Positions 1 to 9,806 of a stretch of 64,000 nucleotides of DNA are shown here, piece after piece. The stretch comes from Acidobacteriota bacterium (GTDB lineage Bacteria > Acidobacteriota > UBA890 > WLXD01), in contig CBDBHB010000008.1 in the NCBI GenBank assembly GCA_965205505.1, positions 1,120,001 through 1,184,000 of the forward strand, written 5' to 3'. The translations under genes and the position numbers were made by a program. The stretch's first letter is position 1. Every line of letters begins with the position of its first letter. Below the pieces are notes generated by a model that saw nothing but the letters and a program-made list of their open reading frames with translations, was not told the origin of the DNA and ran no database searches.

Positions 1-447
1 CTTCTCGAACAGAACGAATCCGCCCACCCAAACCAGCGCCAGCCCGGTCAGGCTCGACAGAACTCCAAAGGCGATCTTGCCGTCGGCCGCGTCGTCGAAG
101 ATCGGCACCATGGCGTGAAGCGTGACGCCGCAGGCGCTCATCAACGCCGAGCCGACGAAGAACGACCACAGGAGCAGGTAGGGCAGAAACAGCCAGCCCA
201 CAGCTCGACCCAGTCGACGGGCAATCCCTTCGAGGAGTGTCTGCCCAGTCGCCAGCTGCCACCGCGTCAGCCCCTCATTGAGCAGGAACTTGAGGAACCC
301 GCCGACGACGACGGCCCAGAGCACCGCCGTCCCGAGCTGACTACCCGTGAAACTCGCGGTGGCAAGATCGCCGGCCCCGACACCCGTGGCGGCCACCAGC
401 AGCCCGGGCCCGATGACCGCAAACAAGCTCCGCCGATTCCAACTCAC
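1..447 (-). CDS. Nramp/YcsG-like membrane transporter, 5' part (runs off the window start)
   Basis: Manual translation from GTG at 447: MSWNRRSLFAVIGPGLLVAATGVGAGDLATASFTGSQLGTAVLWAVVVGGFLKFLLNEGLTRWQLATG..., the typical Nramp-like N-terminus; open to position 1; absent from the ORF track. Confidence 0.8.
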   Translation of the reverse strand, partial: MSWNRRSLFAVIGPGLLVAATGVGAGDLATASFTGSQLGTAVLWAVVVGGFLKFLLNEGLTRWQLATGQTLLEGIARRLGRAVGWLFLPYLLLWSFFVGSALMSACGVTLHAMVPIFDDAADGKIAFGVLSSLTGLALVWVGGFVLFEK

Positions 448-580
448 GGGGATCTATTCTATATAGCTTCGAGAAACTGACGGATTCTCTTCTTGGTCAG
501 ATAGAAGCCGGCTAGTGCTGCGCCCCCAACCGCCCCGAGTAGTCTGGTCGCGACATCAAGTGGTTTCCGGGCGCCTGGCC

Positions 581-1600
581 CTACCGACGTATGTGGCTGC
601 CGAAGACGCGACGCTCGACAGCCTCGACGATCTGCTGGCCGTTGGAGCTGTTGGTTCAACAGCGCGTACCCGAGGTTCTCCTCGACCCCATACATGAAGT
701 CGGCGATGAAGATCACGTTGTTGCCGCCGTGGTAGACGTACCGGCGCGACCGATCCGTCACGATGCCCAGGCCCAGCCCCCAGCTGAGCTCCCGATCGCC
801 ATCCGTCTCGACACTCACAGCAGAATTCGCGAGCGCGGAGTACGGCCCGCCGGAACGAATCTCCGAAGCCAGATGCGTCCCGAACGCGGCGAGATCTGCG
901 GCTGTCGTGTGCAGCGTCGAGCTGGAGAGCGGCACATGAAGCTCCCATTTGTCTGGGCTGCCCTCACCATCATGACCGAGTGAATGTTGCGCCGGATCTC
1001 GGTGTCGAGCAGGAAGCTGCTGCGGGCCATTCCCAGTGGCTCGAAGACCCTTTCCGTCGCCAACTCATTCAGGCTCTTACCGGTCATCTCTTCCACGATC
1101 CGCTGCAGGAGAACGTAGCCCTCGCCGGAATAGCGGTACTCGGTGCCCGGGTCGTCGACAAACTCGAGCCGGTCGCCGGGCGCAAAGAGCTCGGAGTAGC
1201 TTTCAGCGGCGAGATTCAAACGGCTGCGCCAATTGGGCAGCCCGCCGCGATGCGTCAGCAGGATCCGCGCGGTGAGGCTTGCGGCGCGCGCGTCGTGGGC
1301 GAGCTCCGGAATCTCTGGCACCAGCGCAACGAGGGGTGCGTCGAGCTCCAGCGTCCCGTCGCGCGCCAGCGAATAGACGACGTATGCGAATACCGGCTTG
1401 CTGATGGATGCGGCCTCGAACGCGGTACCCGCATCGATGGGCTCGAGGGTAGCGAGCCTCTTGGAACCGCCGACGTGCTCGTAGAGAAGACCCTCGTCGT
1501 TGAACAGGGCGAATCCGAGACCGGGCACTCCCTTCTCGACGATGAGGTCATCCAGGAACGGACCCAGCGCCTCGAACTCGACTGAAGGGCTGGGGTTCGA
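581..1600 (-). pseudogene. Serine hydrolase (beta-lactamase class C / AmpC-like), frameshifted
   Basis: SxxK (AASISKP), LLTHRGGLP and YSGEGY in ORF 815..1528; continues in another frame after ~985 (LGHDGEG...LHTTAADLAAF...WGLG...YHGGNN) and again after ~655 (TNSSNGQQIVEAVERRVFG..stop 581); no intact N-terminus. Confidence 0.75.
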
Positions 1601-1737
1601 GCACGGCGCACGAGCTCGCTGATATGCTCGAAGTACTCGTCGAACGGCACCCAGTAGTCAGGCGCGAGAATCGAGACCTTGTAACCGAAGCGATCGAGGT
1701 TGAGCGTCAGCGACGATGAGCTCGTCGTGGGTGGCCC

Positions 1738-3000
1738 TCAACGCTCGGGGTCGGTAACTCCCCCCGTTTCGACCGCCGTGGCCGCGAGCGCCTTGACCGC
1801 GAACGTCGTGCCGGCGTGCGTCAGGAAGTTCGAGGTTGTGAAGCTATTGCGTATGGATTGGGTCCACCAGTAACCCCCAGCCCGCTGGTTCGCCTTCAAC
1901 CAGCCGACACCGCGCTGGATCGCGGCGTGCGACGCCGGCACGCCGGCCTGTCGCAGGACGTACATGACGAAGCCGGTGCCGTAGCCATCACTTTCGACAG
2001 TAACCGGGGGATCGGTGTCGAGCCCCTTGCGCATACGCCATACGCCGAGCTTTCCCGAGGCCCAGCCACCGTCGTCACGCTGCAGATCGAGAAGCTCGTC
2101 GATCCAGCGTTGGCGATCGGCGTCGCTGACCAGCCCCTCGTTGACGCTGCCGGCCCACAGCAGCATGCCGCGGTTGTGGGCGAACTCGGGCGGGTTCGCG
2201 TCGATGTGGTCGCGAATCCTGCGCATCCCCTCCACGGCGGCGTCAGTGCTGGCGTAGTCGCCCGGAGCCATGCCGGTAGCGATCGCCATCAGCGTGACGG
2301 GCCACTGGCGATCGTAGAACGGCGGCCAGTTGGATACAAACCCAGTCCAGTGGCCCCCTTCGTCCTGTAGCGACCAGGCGCGGTCGAGCGCCTCCACGGT
2401 GATGTCGCTGAGCTCTTTTTCACCGGACTGGGCCTCGTTGATGGCCAGAAACGCAGACGTGCCAACGACGTCCGGCACGTCTGGGGCGGGCGCATCGTTG
2501 CCAGGCACGTCGTTGGCGCGCCAGGAGCGCACGAAACGGGCAGCCTGACTGTGTACGATCTCGAATGCACGGCGCTCGCCGAAGATCTCGGGCGGCGCCG
2601 TGAGATACAGACCGTTCGTATGGCATGTGACGCAGCCGTACTTCTCACCCCACGTCACGGCAACCCGATCGAGGAAGCTGGCGGCGCGCTCCATCGAGAA
2701 CGTGTCGGCGAGAGCGTCCTCACGCGCGTAGGGTCCTAGCTCCGCTGACGCCAGCAGCGTTGCGAGCTCCTCATTGCTCATCGACTCGGTGTCGGGGATC
2801 GCGACGTCGGCGGCCTGCTGCGCCTGGATCGGCGGATGCGACGCTGCGTTGACGGTCGCGGTCGTGCTCAGCACCGACACCGCCACCAGCAGGACAGCCG
2901 CCAGCACTCCCGCCAGTGCCAGACCCGCTCGGACCTTCGTGGGCTCGTCGCCAGGTGGTCGTAGTTCGGTCCGATCCCCGCCGTGTCGATCGTCGCCCAT
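1738..3000 (-). CDS. Exported prenyltransferase/squalene-hopene-cyclase-like single-barrel protein with CxxCH
   Basis: QW repeats LQDEGGHW, LQRDDGGW, NQRAGGYW; CVTCH; N-terminal hydrophobic segment; AGGAG before ATG 3000. Confidence 0.7.
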   Translation of the reverse strand: MGDDRHGGDRTELRPPGDEPTKVRAGLALAGVLAAVLLVAVSVLSTTATVNAASHPPIQAQQAADVAIPDTESMSNEELATLLASAELGPYAREDALADTFSMERAASFLDRVAVTWGEKYGCVTCHTNGLYLTAPPEIFGERRAFEIVHSQAARFVRSWRANDVPGNDAPAPDVPDVVGTSAFLAINEAQSGEKELSDITVEALDRAWSLQDEGGHWTGFVSNWPPFYDRQWPVTLMAIATGMAPGDYASTDAAVEGMRRIRDHIDANPPEFAHNRGMLLWAGSVNEGLVSDADRQRWIDELLDLQRDDGGWASGKLGVWRMRKGLDTDPPVTVESDGYGTGFVMYVLRQAGVPASHAAIQRGVGWLKANQRAGGYWWTQSIRNSFTTSNFLTHAGTTFAVKALAATAVETGGVTDPER

Positions 3001-3199
3001 CGTCGTTCTCCTGTCTGTGTGAGCTCGTCTTGTCGGATGCAGCAATCGCGCGCTTGGAGCTACGCCACCCTACCATGTCGGCTGCGCTAACGGCCGGACC
3101 AAGTCGGATCCCTGACGACATCTACAACCAGGGACCGACCTCGTCAGAGTGAGCCAGCTTGCGCTCAGCCCCTTCGAGGGCTTCGCACGCACGTATTGC

Positions 3200-4453
3200 T
3201 CAGAAGGTGTCCGTCTTGAGCTTGAACGTGTCGGCCAACTCCGGGCTGCGATCGTCCCCCACGACACGATGTGCCACGTAGTCGCCCATCATGATGCCGT
3301 GTTTGTAGCCGTGGCCGGAGCCGCCGCCGACGATCCAGACGTTGTCCATCTCTGGATGGCGGTCGACGATGAAGTTCTCATCGACACTGTTCTCGTATTG
3401 GCATACACGCGACTCGAGCACCGGCTGGTCCGCGAGAGCAGGGAAGGCGTGCGCCACGAACTGGCGCGCCTGCTCGATCTCCTCGGCGGTTACGACCCGC
3501 TCGTCGGTGTCCGGATCGAACGGGATGCTGTCGAAATAGGGTGCCACCTTCCAGCCGCGGCCCTCGATGCTCGGGAAACCATAGGCGCCGCGCATCCCCC
3601 ATGTCGGACAGTTGGGGTAGATGAACCGGTTGTCGTCGGTCGGCACGCCGTACCAGAAGGTGATCCGGCGCGGAGTCTGGAGCTTGTTCTTCATCACGGA
3701 GGGAAACACCTTCGGCAGCCATGGCCCGCACGCGAAGACGAACGTGTCTGCCGACACCGGCTCGCCGGTCGAGAGCTCGAGCTCCAGTAGCTTGCCTCCG
3801 GCGCGCCGCCCGGGCTTGGCCCTCGCAGTGACCAGCGTGCCGCCCTCACTCTCGAAGGCACCCGCGACGGCGAAACAGGCACGCCGTGCCATGAGCACAC
3901 CGGTGCTGGGCACAGAGAACCCGAATTCGAACTCCTGGTGGTTGAACTGAGGATAGCGCCGAGACAGCTCGTCGTGAGGCACGATTTCGTTGTCGATCCC
4001 GTGCCGATCGAGCACTTCCTTGGAGGCTCGCAGGTACTCGGACCATTGGCGCGCGAGAGTGAGCTGACCCGTACGGTAGAAGAGTGGCCGTCCACCCCAC
4101 TCCCTCTGGCGCGCTTCCCAACGGTCGAACGCCTGCACGACCCATCGGGTGTAGATCTCGCGTTCGCCATATTGGGTGCGGATCTGCCGACTCTCCCCGC
4201 CGGAGGCCGCCCTTGCGTTGCCTGCGCCATAGGCGTCGATGAGGGTGACCCGATGCCCCATCTCTCGCAGATAAAGGGCTGTCCAGCCGCCGAACGCTCC
4301 CGCCCCGATGACCGCTACGTCAGCCGTCGACGCGGCCGCCGGTCTGGACGTATGCACCGCGGTGGCCGCTGCTTGCAGCCCTTTGGTGCCGCCCAGCGCC
4401 AGCGCGCCAGCCCCGGTGAGCTTGAGGAACGTGCGTCGATCATGCCGCGACAT
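3200..4453 (-). CDS. Tat-exported FAD-dependent oxidoreductase, monomeric sarcosine oxidase/SolA-like
   Basis: RRTFLK leader; GAGAFG dinucleotide motif; ASGGESRQIR; VCQY (covalent-flavin Cys position); GGSGHGYKH. Confidence 0.85.
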   Translation of the reverse strand: MSRHDRRTFLKLTGAGALALGGTKGLQAAATAVHTSRPAAASTADVAVIGAGAFGGWTALYLREMGHRVTLIDAYGAGNARAASGGESRQIRTQYGEREIYTRWVVQAFDRWEARQREWGGRPLFYRTGQLTLARQWSEYLRASKEVLDRHGIDNEIVPHDELSRRYPQFNHQEFEFGFSVPSTGVLMARRACFAVAGAFESEGGTLVTARAKPGRRAGGKLLELELSTGEPVSADTFVFACGPWLPKVFPSVMKNKLQTPRRITFWYGVPTDDNRFIYPNCPTWGMRGAYGFPSIEGRGWKVAPYFDSIPFDPDTDERVVTAEEIEQARQFVAHAFPALADQPVLESRVCQYENSVDENFIVDRHPEMDNVWIVGGGSGHGYKHGIMMGDYVAHRVVGDDRSPELADTFKLKTDTF

Positions 4454-4530
4454 GGCCCTGCTCCAAGGTTGGTAGTGATGCCCGGCTGCTTGCAGGGCTC
4501 CCACGGCCCACAGCCAGGGGTGGTACCTGG

Positions 4531-5580
4531 CTACCTGTGCTCCTCGCTTGTCTCCTGATAGCGCGCGCCGCTCAGGGTGTGAGAGAGCGAGTAGTTCCCC
4601 TCGTGACACGCATACTCGTAGAGTTGGTCGTTGAGGCGCTCGAACGGAACCTGTCCTCCCCAGACGCTGTCGTACATCGTGAGGTCGTCGATCATGAACT
4701 TGTAAAGAATGCTTTCTTCGGCCACCCGGGTAAAGCGTTCGATGACCCTGCGATCTTCCGAGGGAGGGACACCGCGGAGCGCGTGATCGGGATTCAAGTT
4801 GGTGGTCTCGACCACCAGCGTGTCCCCTTCCCAACGACCCCACGAGTCACCGAACCAGGGACGAATGTCGTTCGGAAGCGGTGCGGGCTCACCGAGCCGG
4901 ATGATCCGGACGTCGTGCACCATCTCCGTCATGATCATCACGTGATCGGCGTTCTGCACGATCGTGTAGTTGCTGAGGTAGAAGTAGTTGGGGAGCATCG
5001 GCGGACCGGCGTTGGAACCGAACGATACGAGGCAACGGTCCTCCAGCGGCAGGAGCTCGGGATGATCGTACGGGCCGAACTCGCTCTTGAGCTCGGCAAG
5101 CACCTCGATCCGCCGGCGTCCCTCCGGCGTCAGCTCCGGCACGCGGCCATCCGCCGGAGTCGTGATCAGCGAGCTCCTGGCCACCCCATTCACGACCGCC
5201 ACGCGGTCACCGGCCTCGGTCGGCGCGGCGCCCTCGGCAGCGTCAACCCCGTCTCCAAAACGTCTCCAATAGCCATTGTCAGTCAGCACCTCCGGGCGAT
5301 GGCTGGGCGCCTGGCCCGCCTCGATTTCCGTAACCTGTTCCGGGCTGAGAACGGGCCCCAGTCCTTCCGGGCGCTGCACAGGGGTAAGCGTGGCGTTGGT
5401 CCAGTTCCCCTGGAGATCCGGGTGGCCGTGCGGCGTCCTCGGCACCTGCCACGCCGCGGCGTCGGAAGCAGCACTCTGCGCCGCCGCGGTCGACCACAGC
5501 GTCGCCGCCGACAACGAGATCACAGCAGCGGCCATGGCACATTGCCTGAGCGCCAGCGAGGTGCAGAGATTCGCCTTCAT
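4531..5580 (-). CDS. Conserved secreted hypothetical protein (PDLQGxW ... YEYACHEGN type)
   Basis: Signal-like N-terminus, VPRTPHGHPDLQGNW, GDSWGRWEGDTLVVET, YEYACHEGNY. Confidence 0.75.
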   Translation of the reverse strand: MKANLCTSLALRQCAMAAAVISLSAATLWSTAAAQSAASDAAAWQVPRTPHGHPDLQGNWTNATLTPVQRPEGLGPVLSPEQVTEIEAGQAPSHRPEVLTDNGYWRRFGDGVDAAEGAAPTEAGDRVAVVNGVARSSLITTPADGRVPELTPEGRRRIEVLAELKSEFGPYDHPELLPLEDRCLVSFGSNAGPPMLPNYFYLSNYTIVQNADHVMIMTEMVHDVRIIRLGEPAPLPNDIRPWFGDSWGRWEGDTLVVETTNLNPDHALRGVPPSEDRRVIERFTRVAEESILYKFMIDDLTMYDSVWGGQVPFERLNDQLYEYACHEGNYSLSHTLSGARYQETSEEHR

Positions 5581-5585
5581 CTTTA

Positions 5586-5734
5586 CCCGGGATTTCCCAG
5601 ATGACCCTTGTCGAATCACGCTCTTGGCTTGGCCAGTACTGGGACGCCTGGAATCGACCCCTGATCGTTGGGCTCCTCAAGGGATTCGCTGCGCAAACAA
5701 TACCACCCATCATGAGCTGTAATCCCTTGCCCTC
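5586..5734 (-). promoter_or_regulatory. ~150-nt leader element, copy 1, directly upstream of CDS 4531..5580
   Basis: Aligns by eye with 32007..32159 (shared blocks cagctcatgatggg, gcgcagcgaatcccttgaggagc, tccaggcgtcc, tcgacaagggtcatct). Confidence 0.55.
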
Positions 5735-5784
5735 GAGCGGCTACGAGGTACTGCCTCCCTGTCCGCGCAGACTGCTGCTGGGGC

Positions 5785-5832
5785 CGGGATCAAAGATCCA
5801 TCTGGGGAATCCGGGCTATTATCTGGGAGGAT
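5785..5832 (+). promoter_or_regulatory. Putative promoter/operator block shared by both sulfatase-TPR paralogs
   Basis: 45/48 identical to the reverse complement of 38739..38786; two ATCTGGG repeats and a TATTAT/TAGTAT -10-like hexamer. Confidence 0.55.
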
Positions 5833-5917
5833 TTCCATCTGCCGCATCCCGCCCACGGATGGCGGCCCGCACCGCGCGGTCGATCCCCGCGACCCGTGAC
5901 GATGGAGGCGAGTAAGG

Positions 5918-8332
5918 ATGCCGAGCTTCGAGCGCCGGCGGCGTATGCCGCGACCTGGTGCGATCGCAGCGCTCACCGCTGTCGCGTCCGTGTCCGCGAT
6001 CGTCCTGCTGACGACCGGCTGTGGCCCGGGAGCGTCTCCGAAGGCGACCCTCGACGAGCTCCGCGGCGACCGCAAGCTCAACGTCCTGCTGGTGACGCTC
6101 GACACGACGCGCGCCGATCGTATCGGCGTGTACGGCTTCGACGAGGTCGACACACCGGTCATCGATGGGCTTGCCGCCCGCGGCGTTACCTTCATGCGCG
6201 CCTACGCCTCGACGCCGCTGACGCTGCCCTCGCACACCTCGCTGTTCACCGGAACCCACCCGCCTTACCACGGGGTACGTGACAACGGCGCCCACATCGC
6301 CGCGGAAGAGCTGCAGACCCTGGCCGAGAGCTTCCAGGAGGCCGGCTACCGCACCGGCGCCTTCGTCGGAGCTTTCGTCCTCGACTCGCGCTGGGGCCTG
6401 GCCCAGGGGTTCGACCGCTACTTCGACGATTTCGAGCTGCCCAAGCAGCGATCGATCTTTCTGAGCCGCTTGCAGCGTTCCGGATCGGAGGTCATCGACA
6501 CCGCCCTGGCGTGGGCCGGAGAGGACGACACCACCCCGTTCTTCATGTGGGTGCACCTGTACGATCCGCACTCCCCGTACGATCCGCCCGAGCCCTTCAG
6601 GTCTCGATACGCCGACCGGCCGTACGTCGGTGAGATCGCCTGGACCGACTCCTTGGTCGGCAGGCTGACCTCGTGGCTGGACGACTCCGGCCGCTCCGAC
6701 GAGACCTACGTCGTGGTAGCAGCCGATCACGGCGAAAGTCTCGGTGAGCACGGCGAAAACGAGCACGGCCTGCTGCTGTACGAGTCGGCCATCCGGGTGC
6801 CGCTGATCATCGCCACGCCGTTCGACAAGCCGCAGGGCATCCAGCGCCATGAGCTGGTCTCGTTGATCGACGTCATGCCGACCGTGTTGGAGTTGACCGG
6901 GCTGGAGATCCCCGAAGAGGTACATGGCAGGAGCCTGGTACCCCTGTTTACCAACGACGCCGAGGTCGAGGGCGGGACCGACGAGCGCGTCTATGTCGAG
7001 ACCTTCTACCCGCGCCTGCATTTCGGCTGGAGCGAGCTTCAGGCGATCCTCGAGCCCACCCACAAGCTCATCATCTCGCCCGAGCCAGAGCTCTACGATC
7101 TCGTGCAGGACCCGGAGGAGCAGCAGAACCTCGCATCGCAGCGCGCCGCCACGGCAGAGGCGCTGCGCCGGGAGGTCGAGGAGCTGGTGGCGCGGCTCGA
7201 GGAGAACGGCACCCCGGCGGCCACCGCCACGCTCGACCAGGAGAGTCTCCGGCAGCTCGCCGCACTCGGGTACATCGGCGGCTATAGCGCCGACGCAAAC
7301 GATCCAGACGTCGAGCGCGCCAACCCGAGGGACAAGATCGAGATCTACAACGACCTGCTGAGGGCGCACCGGCTGATCGTCCAGAACGAGCTGGCCGAGG
7401 CCGAGGTGCTTCTGCGGGGGGTCATCGCCGAGGATGCCGGAGTGGTCGATGCGCACCAGTCGCTCGGCAACCTGCTCTTCGACCAGCTCCGCCACGACGA
7501 GGCGGTCGAGGCCTTCGAGAGCGCACTCTCTATGCGGCCCGAGGATGCGGTCCTGGTGCGCTTGCTCACCAGCACGCAGATACAGGCCGGTCGGATCGAC
7601 GAGGCCGAGAAGGTGTTGCTGGACTTCATCGACGTCCTGGAGCCGGATGCCCGGCTGTACATCAGCCTCGGGCGCATCAAGGAGACCCGGGGCTCCTACA
7701 CCGAGGCGGCGACCTATTTCAACGAGGCGGTGCGCCTCAGCGAGGATGCCCCGACGAACAACATCAGGGCCGCCGCGCACCGCGGGCTGGGGGCCGTCCA
7801 TCTGGCCGCCGGCCGGCCGCGCCTGGCGGAGGAACACCTGAACATGGCGCGCGACTTCAACGACAGCCTCGCCGATCTGCACTTCCAACGGGGGTTGCTG
7901 TTCGAGGCCAGGGGACAGCCGGACGAGGCGATCGGAGCCTACCGCCGTGAGCTCGAGAACGCTCCGCGCAACATCAGGGCCGCCTTCAAACTCAGCGTCA
8001 TCTACCGCAACCGCGGCGACCTCGTCGACGAGGAACGCTACCTGCGTCTGGCCCTCGAGATCGACCCGCAGTTCGCCAGTGGGCGCCTTTTCCTCGCCCG
8101 CATCTACCTGGTGAAGAACGAGAGCCTCGACGAGGCCGTGTCGCTCGTCGAGGGGGCGCTGGAGCAACTCGAGTCGTCGACGGCGCGTGGGGTGCCGCAA
8201 GAGAGGACCAGGCAGGACCAGGTTCTGGGCCATCTCTTGCTGGCGGATATCTACAATCGACTCGGGAGAAACGAGCTCTCCAACCAGCACGCGCGTCTTG
8301 GCATGCAGCTCCGAGACGGGACACCACGCTGA
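5918..8332 (+). CDS. Sulfatase-like (alkaline phosphatase superfamily) lipoprotein with C-terminal TPR domain, paralog 1
   Basis: LLVTLDTTRADR, STPLTLPSHTSLFTG, WVHLYDPH, ADHGESLGEHGE, ELYDL; lipobox LLTTGC; TPR helices. Confidence 0.9.
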   Translation: MPSFERRRRMPRPGAIAALTAVASVSAIVLLTTGCGPGASPKATLDELRGDRKLNVLLVTLDTTRADRIGVYGFDEVDTPVIDGLAARGVTFMRAYASTPLTLPSHTSLFTGTHPPYHGVRDNGAHIAAEELQTLAESFQEAGYRTGAFVGAFVLDSRWGLAQGFDRYFDDFELPKQRSIFLSRLQRSGSEVIDTALAWAGEDDTTPFFMWVHLYDPHSPYDPPEPFRSRYADRPYVGEIAWTDSLVGRLTSWLDDSGRSDETYVVVAADHGESLGEHGENEHGLLLYESAIRVPLIIATPFDKPQGIQRHELVSLIDVMPTVLELTGLEIPEEVHGRSLVPLFTNDAEVEGGTDERVYVETFYPRLHFGWSELQAILEPTHKLIISPEPELYDLVQDPEEQQNLASQRAATAEALRREVEELVARLEENGTPAATATLDQESLRQLAALGYIGGYSADANDPDVERANPRDKIEIYNDLLRAHRLIVQNELAEAEVLLRGVIAEDAGVVDAHQSLGNLLFDQLRHDEAVEAFESALSMRPEDAVLVRLLTSTQIQAGRIDEAEKVLLDFIDVLEPDARLYISLGRIKETRGSYTEAATYFNEAVRLSEDAPTNNIRAAAHRGLGAVHLAAGRPRLAEEHLNMARDFNDSLADLHFQRGLLFEARGQPDEAIGAYRRELENAPRNIRAAFKLSVIYRNRGDLVDEERYLRLALEIDPQFASGRLFLARIYLVKNESLDEAVSLVEGALEQLESSTARGVPQERTRQDQVLGHLLLADIYNRLGRNELSNQHARLGMQLRDGTPR

Positions 8333-8334
8333 CG

Positions 8335-9558
8335 ATGGTTGTGCGGGTCGGCCTATACGGCGTCGGCTGCTCTTTCCTGGCGGCTACGAGCCTCCTCGGC
8401 TCGACTCTGGAGACTGCTGCCTGGCTGGGGGGGATGGCTGCGCGCGTCGCAGCCGTACAGGAACCGGAGACCGCGCAGACGCCAACAGAGGAGTTCGACG
8501 CGGCGATGCAGACCGGTAAAGCGGCGATGCAGAACGGCGATTTCGAGTCGGTGCTCAGGGCGGCGACGGCGTACGAGCGCGCCCACGAGTTGCGTCCGGG
8601 GCACGTCGAGACCTGTTTGGCGCTCGGTCGCGTCTACCGCCGTCTCACCCTCCCTGACAAGACGATCGCGCTCGTTGACGATTGTCAGGCCGCGGCTGGC
8701 CGGGTCCCGAATCTCGAGCTGATGCGGGGACGTACACTGCTCCAGATGGGCAGGGGGTCGGCGGCGCGAGCCGCCTTCGAGGCGGCGACGACGGCGGGCT
8801 CCGTGGAGGCGCGCTTCGATCTCGCGTTGTTGGCGCGGGATGAGGGCGACCTCGACGTCGCGGTGGAGCAGCTCGAAGCACTGATCCGGATACGCCCGCG
8901 CCGAGCGATAGCGTACGTGCGCCTTGCCGACGTTTATATCGATCGACTCGAGATCTCGACCGCCGAAGGATTAATCCAACGTGTCCTCGAGATGCAGGTC
9001 GGCGGCGCGGCGCAGGCGCACCAGCTGCTCGGTTCCATTCGCTACAAGGCTGGCGATCTGGAGGGTGCGGTGACGCACGGGCGCGAGGCAATCAAGCTCG
9101 ACCCGGATTTCAAACTGGCCCACTACGACCTGGCGCTCGCCCTTCGCTCCAGCGGTCAGCGGGAGGAGGCCCAACGGCTGATGCAGCGCTTCCAGGAGAT
9201 CAGCAGCGCCGAAGAACAGCGCGTGCTCGAGCTGAATCGCGCCACGCAGATCGGCTTGCGGAACGCGCAGGGACTCTACTACTTCCGCCGCGGCGAGCTG
9301 GCCGTGGCGCTGGAGCTCTTCGAGGCCGCGGTCGAGTTGGCGCCCGACGATGCGTTGATCCACTTCAACATCGGCCTGTCCCGGGCAGCGCTCGATCAGC
9401 AGGAAGGTGCGATCACGGCCCTGGAGAGAGCGCGCGAGCTGCAGCCGGAGCGTGCCGAGACATACGAGGTTCTCGCCGCCGCCTACCGCGCGCTGGGCCA
9501 GTCAGCGGATGCCCAGCGCATCGACGAGCTGCGCCAGCAGCTCGAGGGACAGGACTGA
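8335..9558 (+). CDS. Tetratricopeptide repeat protein
   Basis: Repeated TPR patterns (AIKLDPDFKLAHYDLA, AVELAPDDALIHFNIG). Confidence 0.85.
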   Translation: MVVRVGLYGVGCSFLAATSLLGSTLETAAWLGGMAARVAAVQEPETAQTPTEEFDAAMQTGKAAMQNGDFESVLRAATAYERAHELRPGHVETCLALGRVYRRLTLPDKTIALVDDCQAAAGRVPNLELMRGRTLLQMGRGSAARAAFEAATTAGSVEARFDLALLARDEGDLDVAVEQLEALIRIRPRRAIAYVRLADVYIDRLEISTAEGLIQRVLEMQVGGAAQAHQLLGSIRYKAGDLEGAVTHGREAIKLDPDFKLAHYDLALALRSSGQREEAQRLMQRFQEISSAEEQRVLELNRATQIGLRNAQGLYYFRRGELAVALELFEAAVELAPDDALIHFNIGLSRAALDQQEGAITALERARELQPERAETYEVLAAAYRALGQSADAQRIDELRQQLEGQD

Positions 9559-9705
9559 CGAGCTGCGCCAGCAGCCCGAGCGTGCCGCAACGTACGCGAT
9601 TCTCGCCGCCACCTATCGTGCGCTGGTCGGGGCGGGGGATGCACAGCGCAATGGCGGGCTGCACCAGCAGCAACAAGGGCCAGCGCTGACGAGCTGCACC
9701 AGCAG
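9441..9705 (+). repeat. Degenerate ~130-bp tandem duplication of the 3' end of the TPR gene
   Basis: 9441..9574 is repeated at 9571..9705 (QPERAETYEVLAAAYRAL vs QPERAATYAILAATYRAL; ctgacgagctgc[g/a]ccagcag at 9555 and 9686). Confidence 0.8.
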
Positions 9706-9806
9706 GGTGCGGCTCAGCCAACGCTGGCCCTCGCGGTCATCGGCGATCCAGGGCCGCTCTCAGCCCTGGATCACCGGATCCCGTTTTGTCGTTGCGCGTC
9801 AGCGCA

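Noticed and set aside
115-480. 121-aa plus-strand ORF
   Set aside because: Antisense to the Nramp-like transporter gene
5819-8290. Long antisense ORFs (823 aa here; also 36392..38008, 52080..54437, 22948..24525)
   Set aside because: Shadow frames opposite well-supported genes in high-GC DNA, with no recognisable motifs
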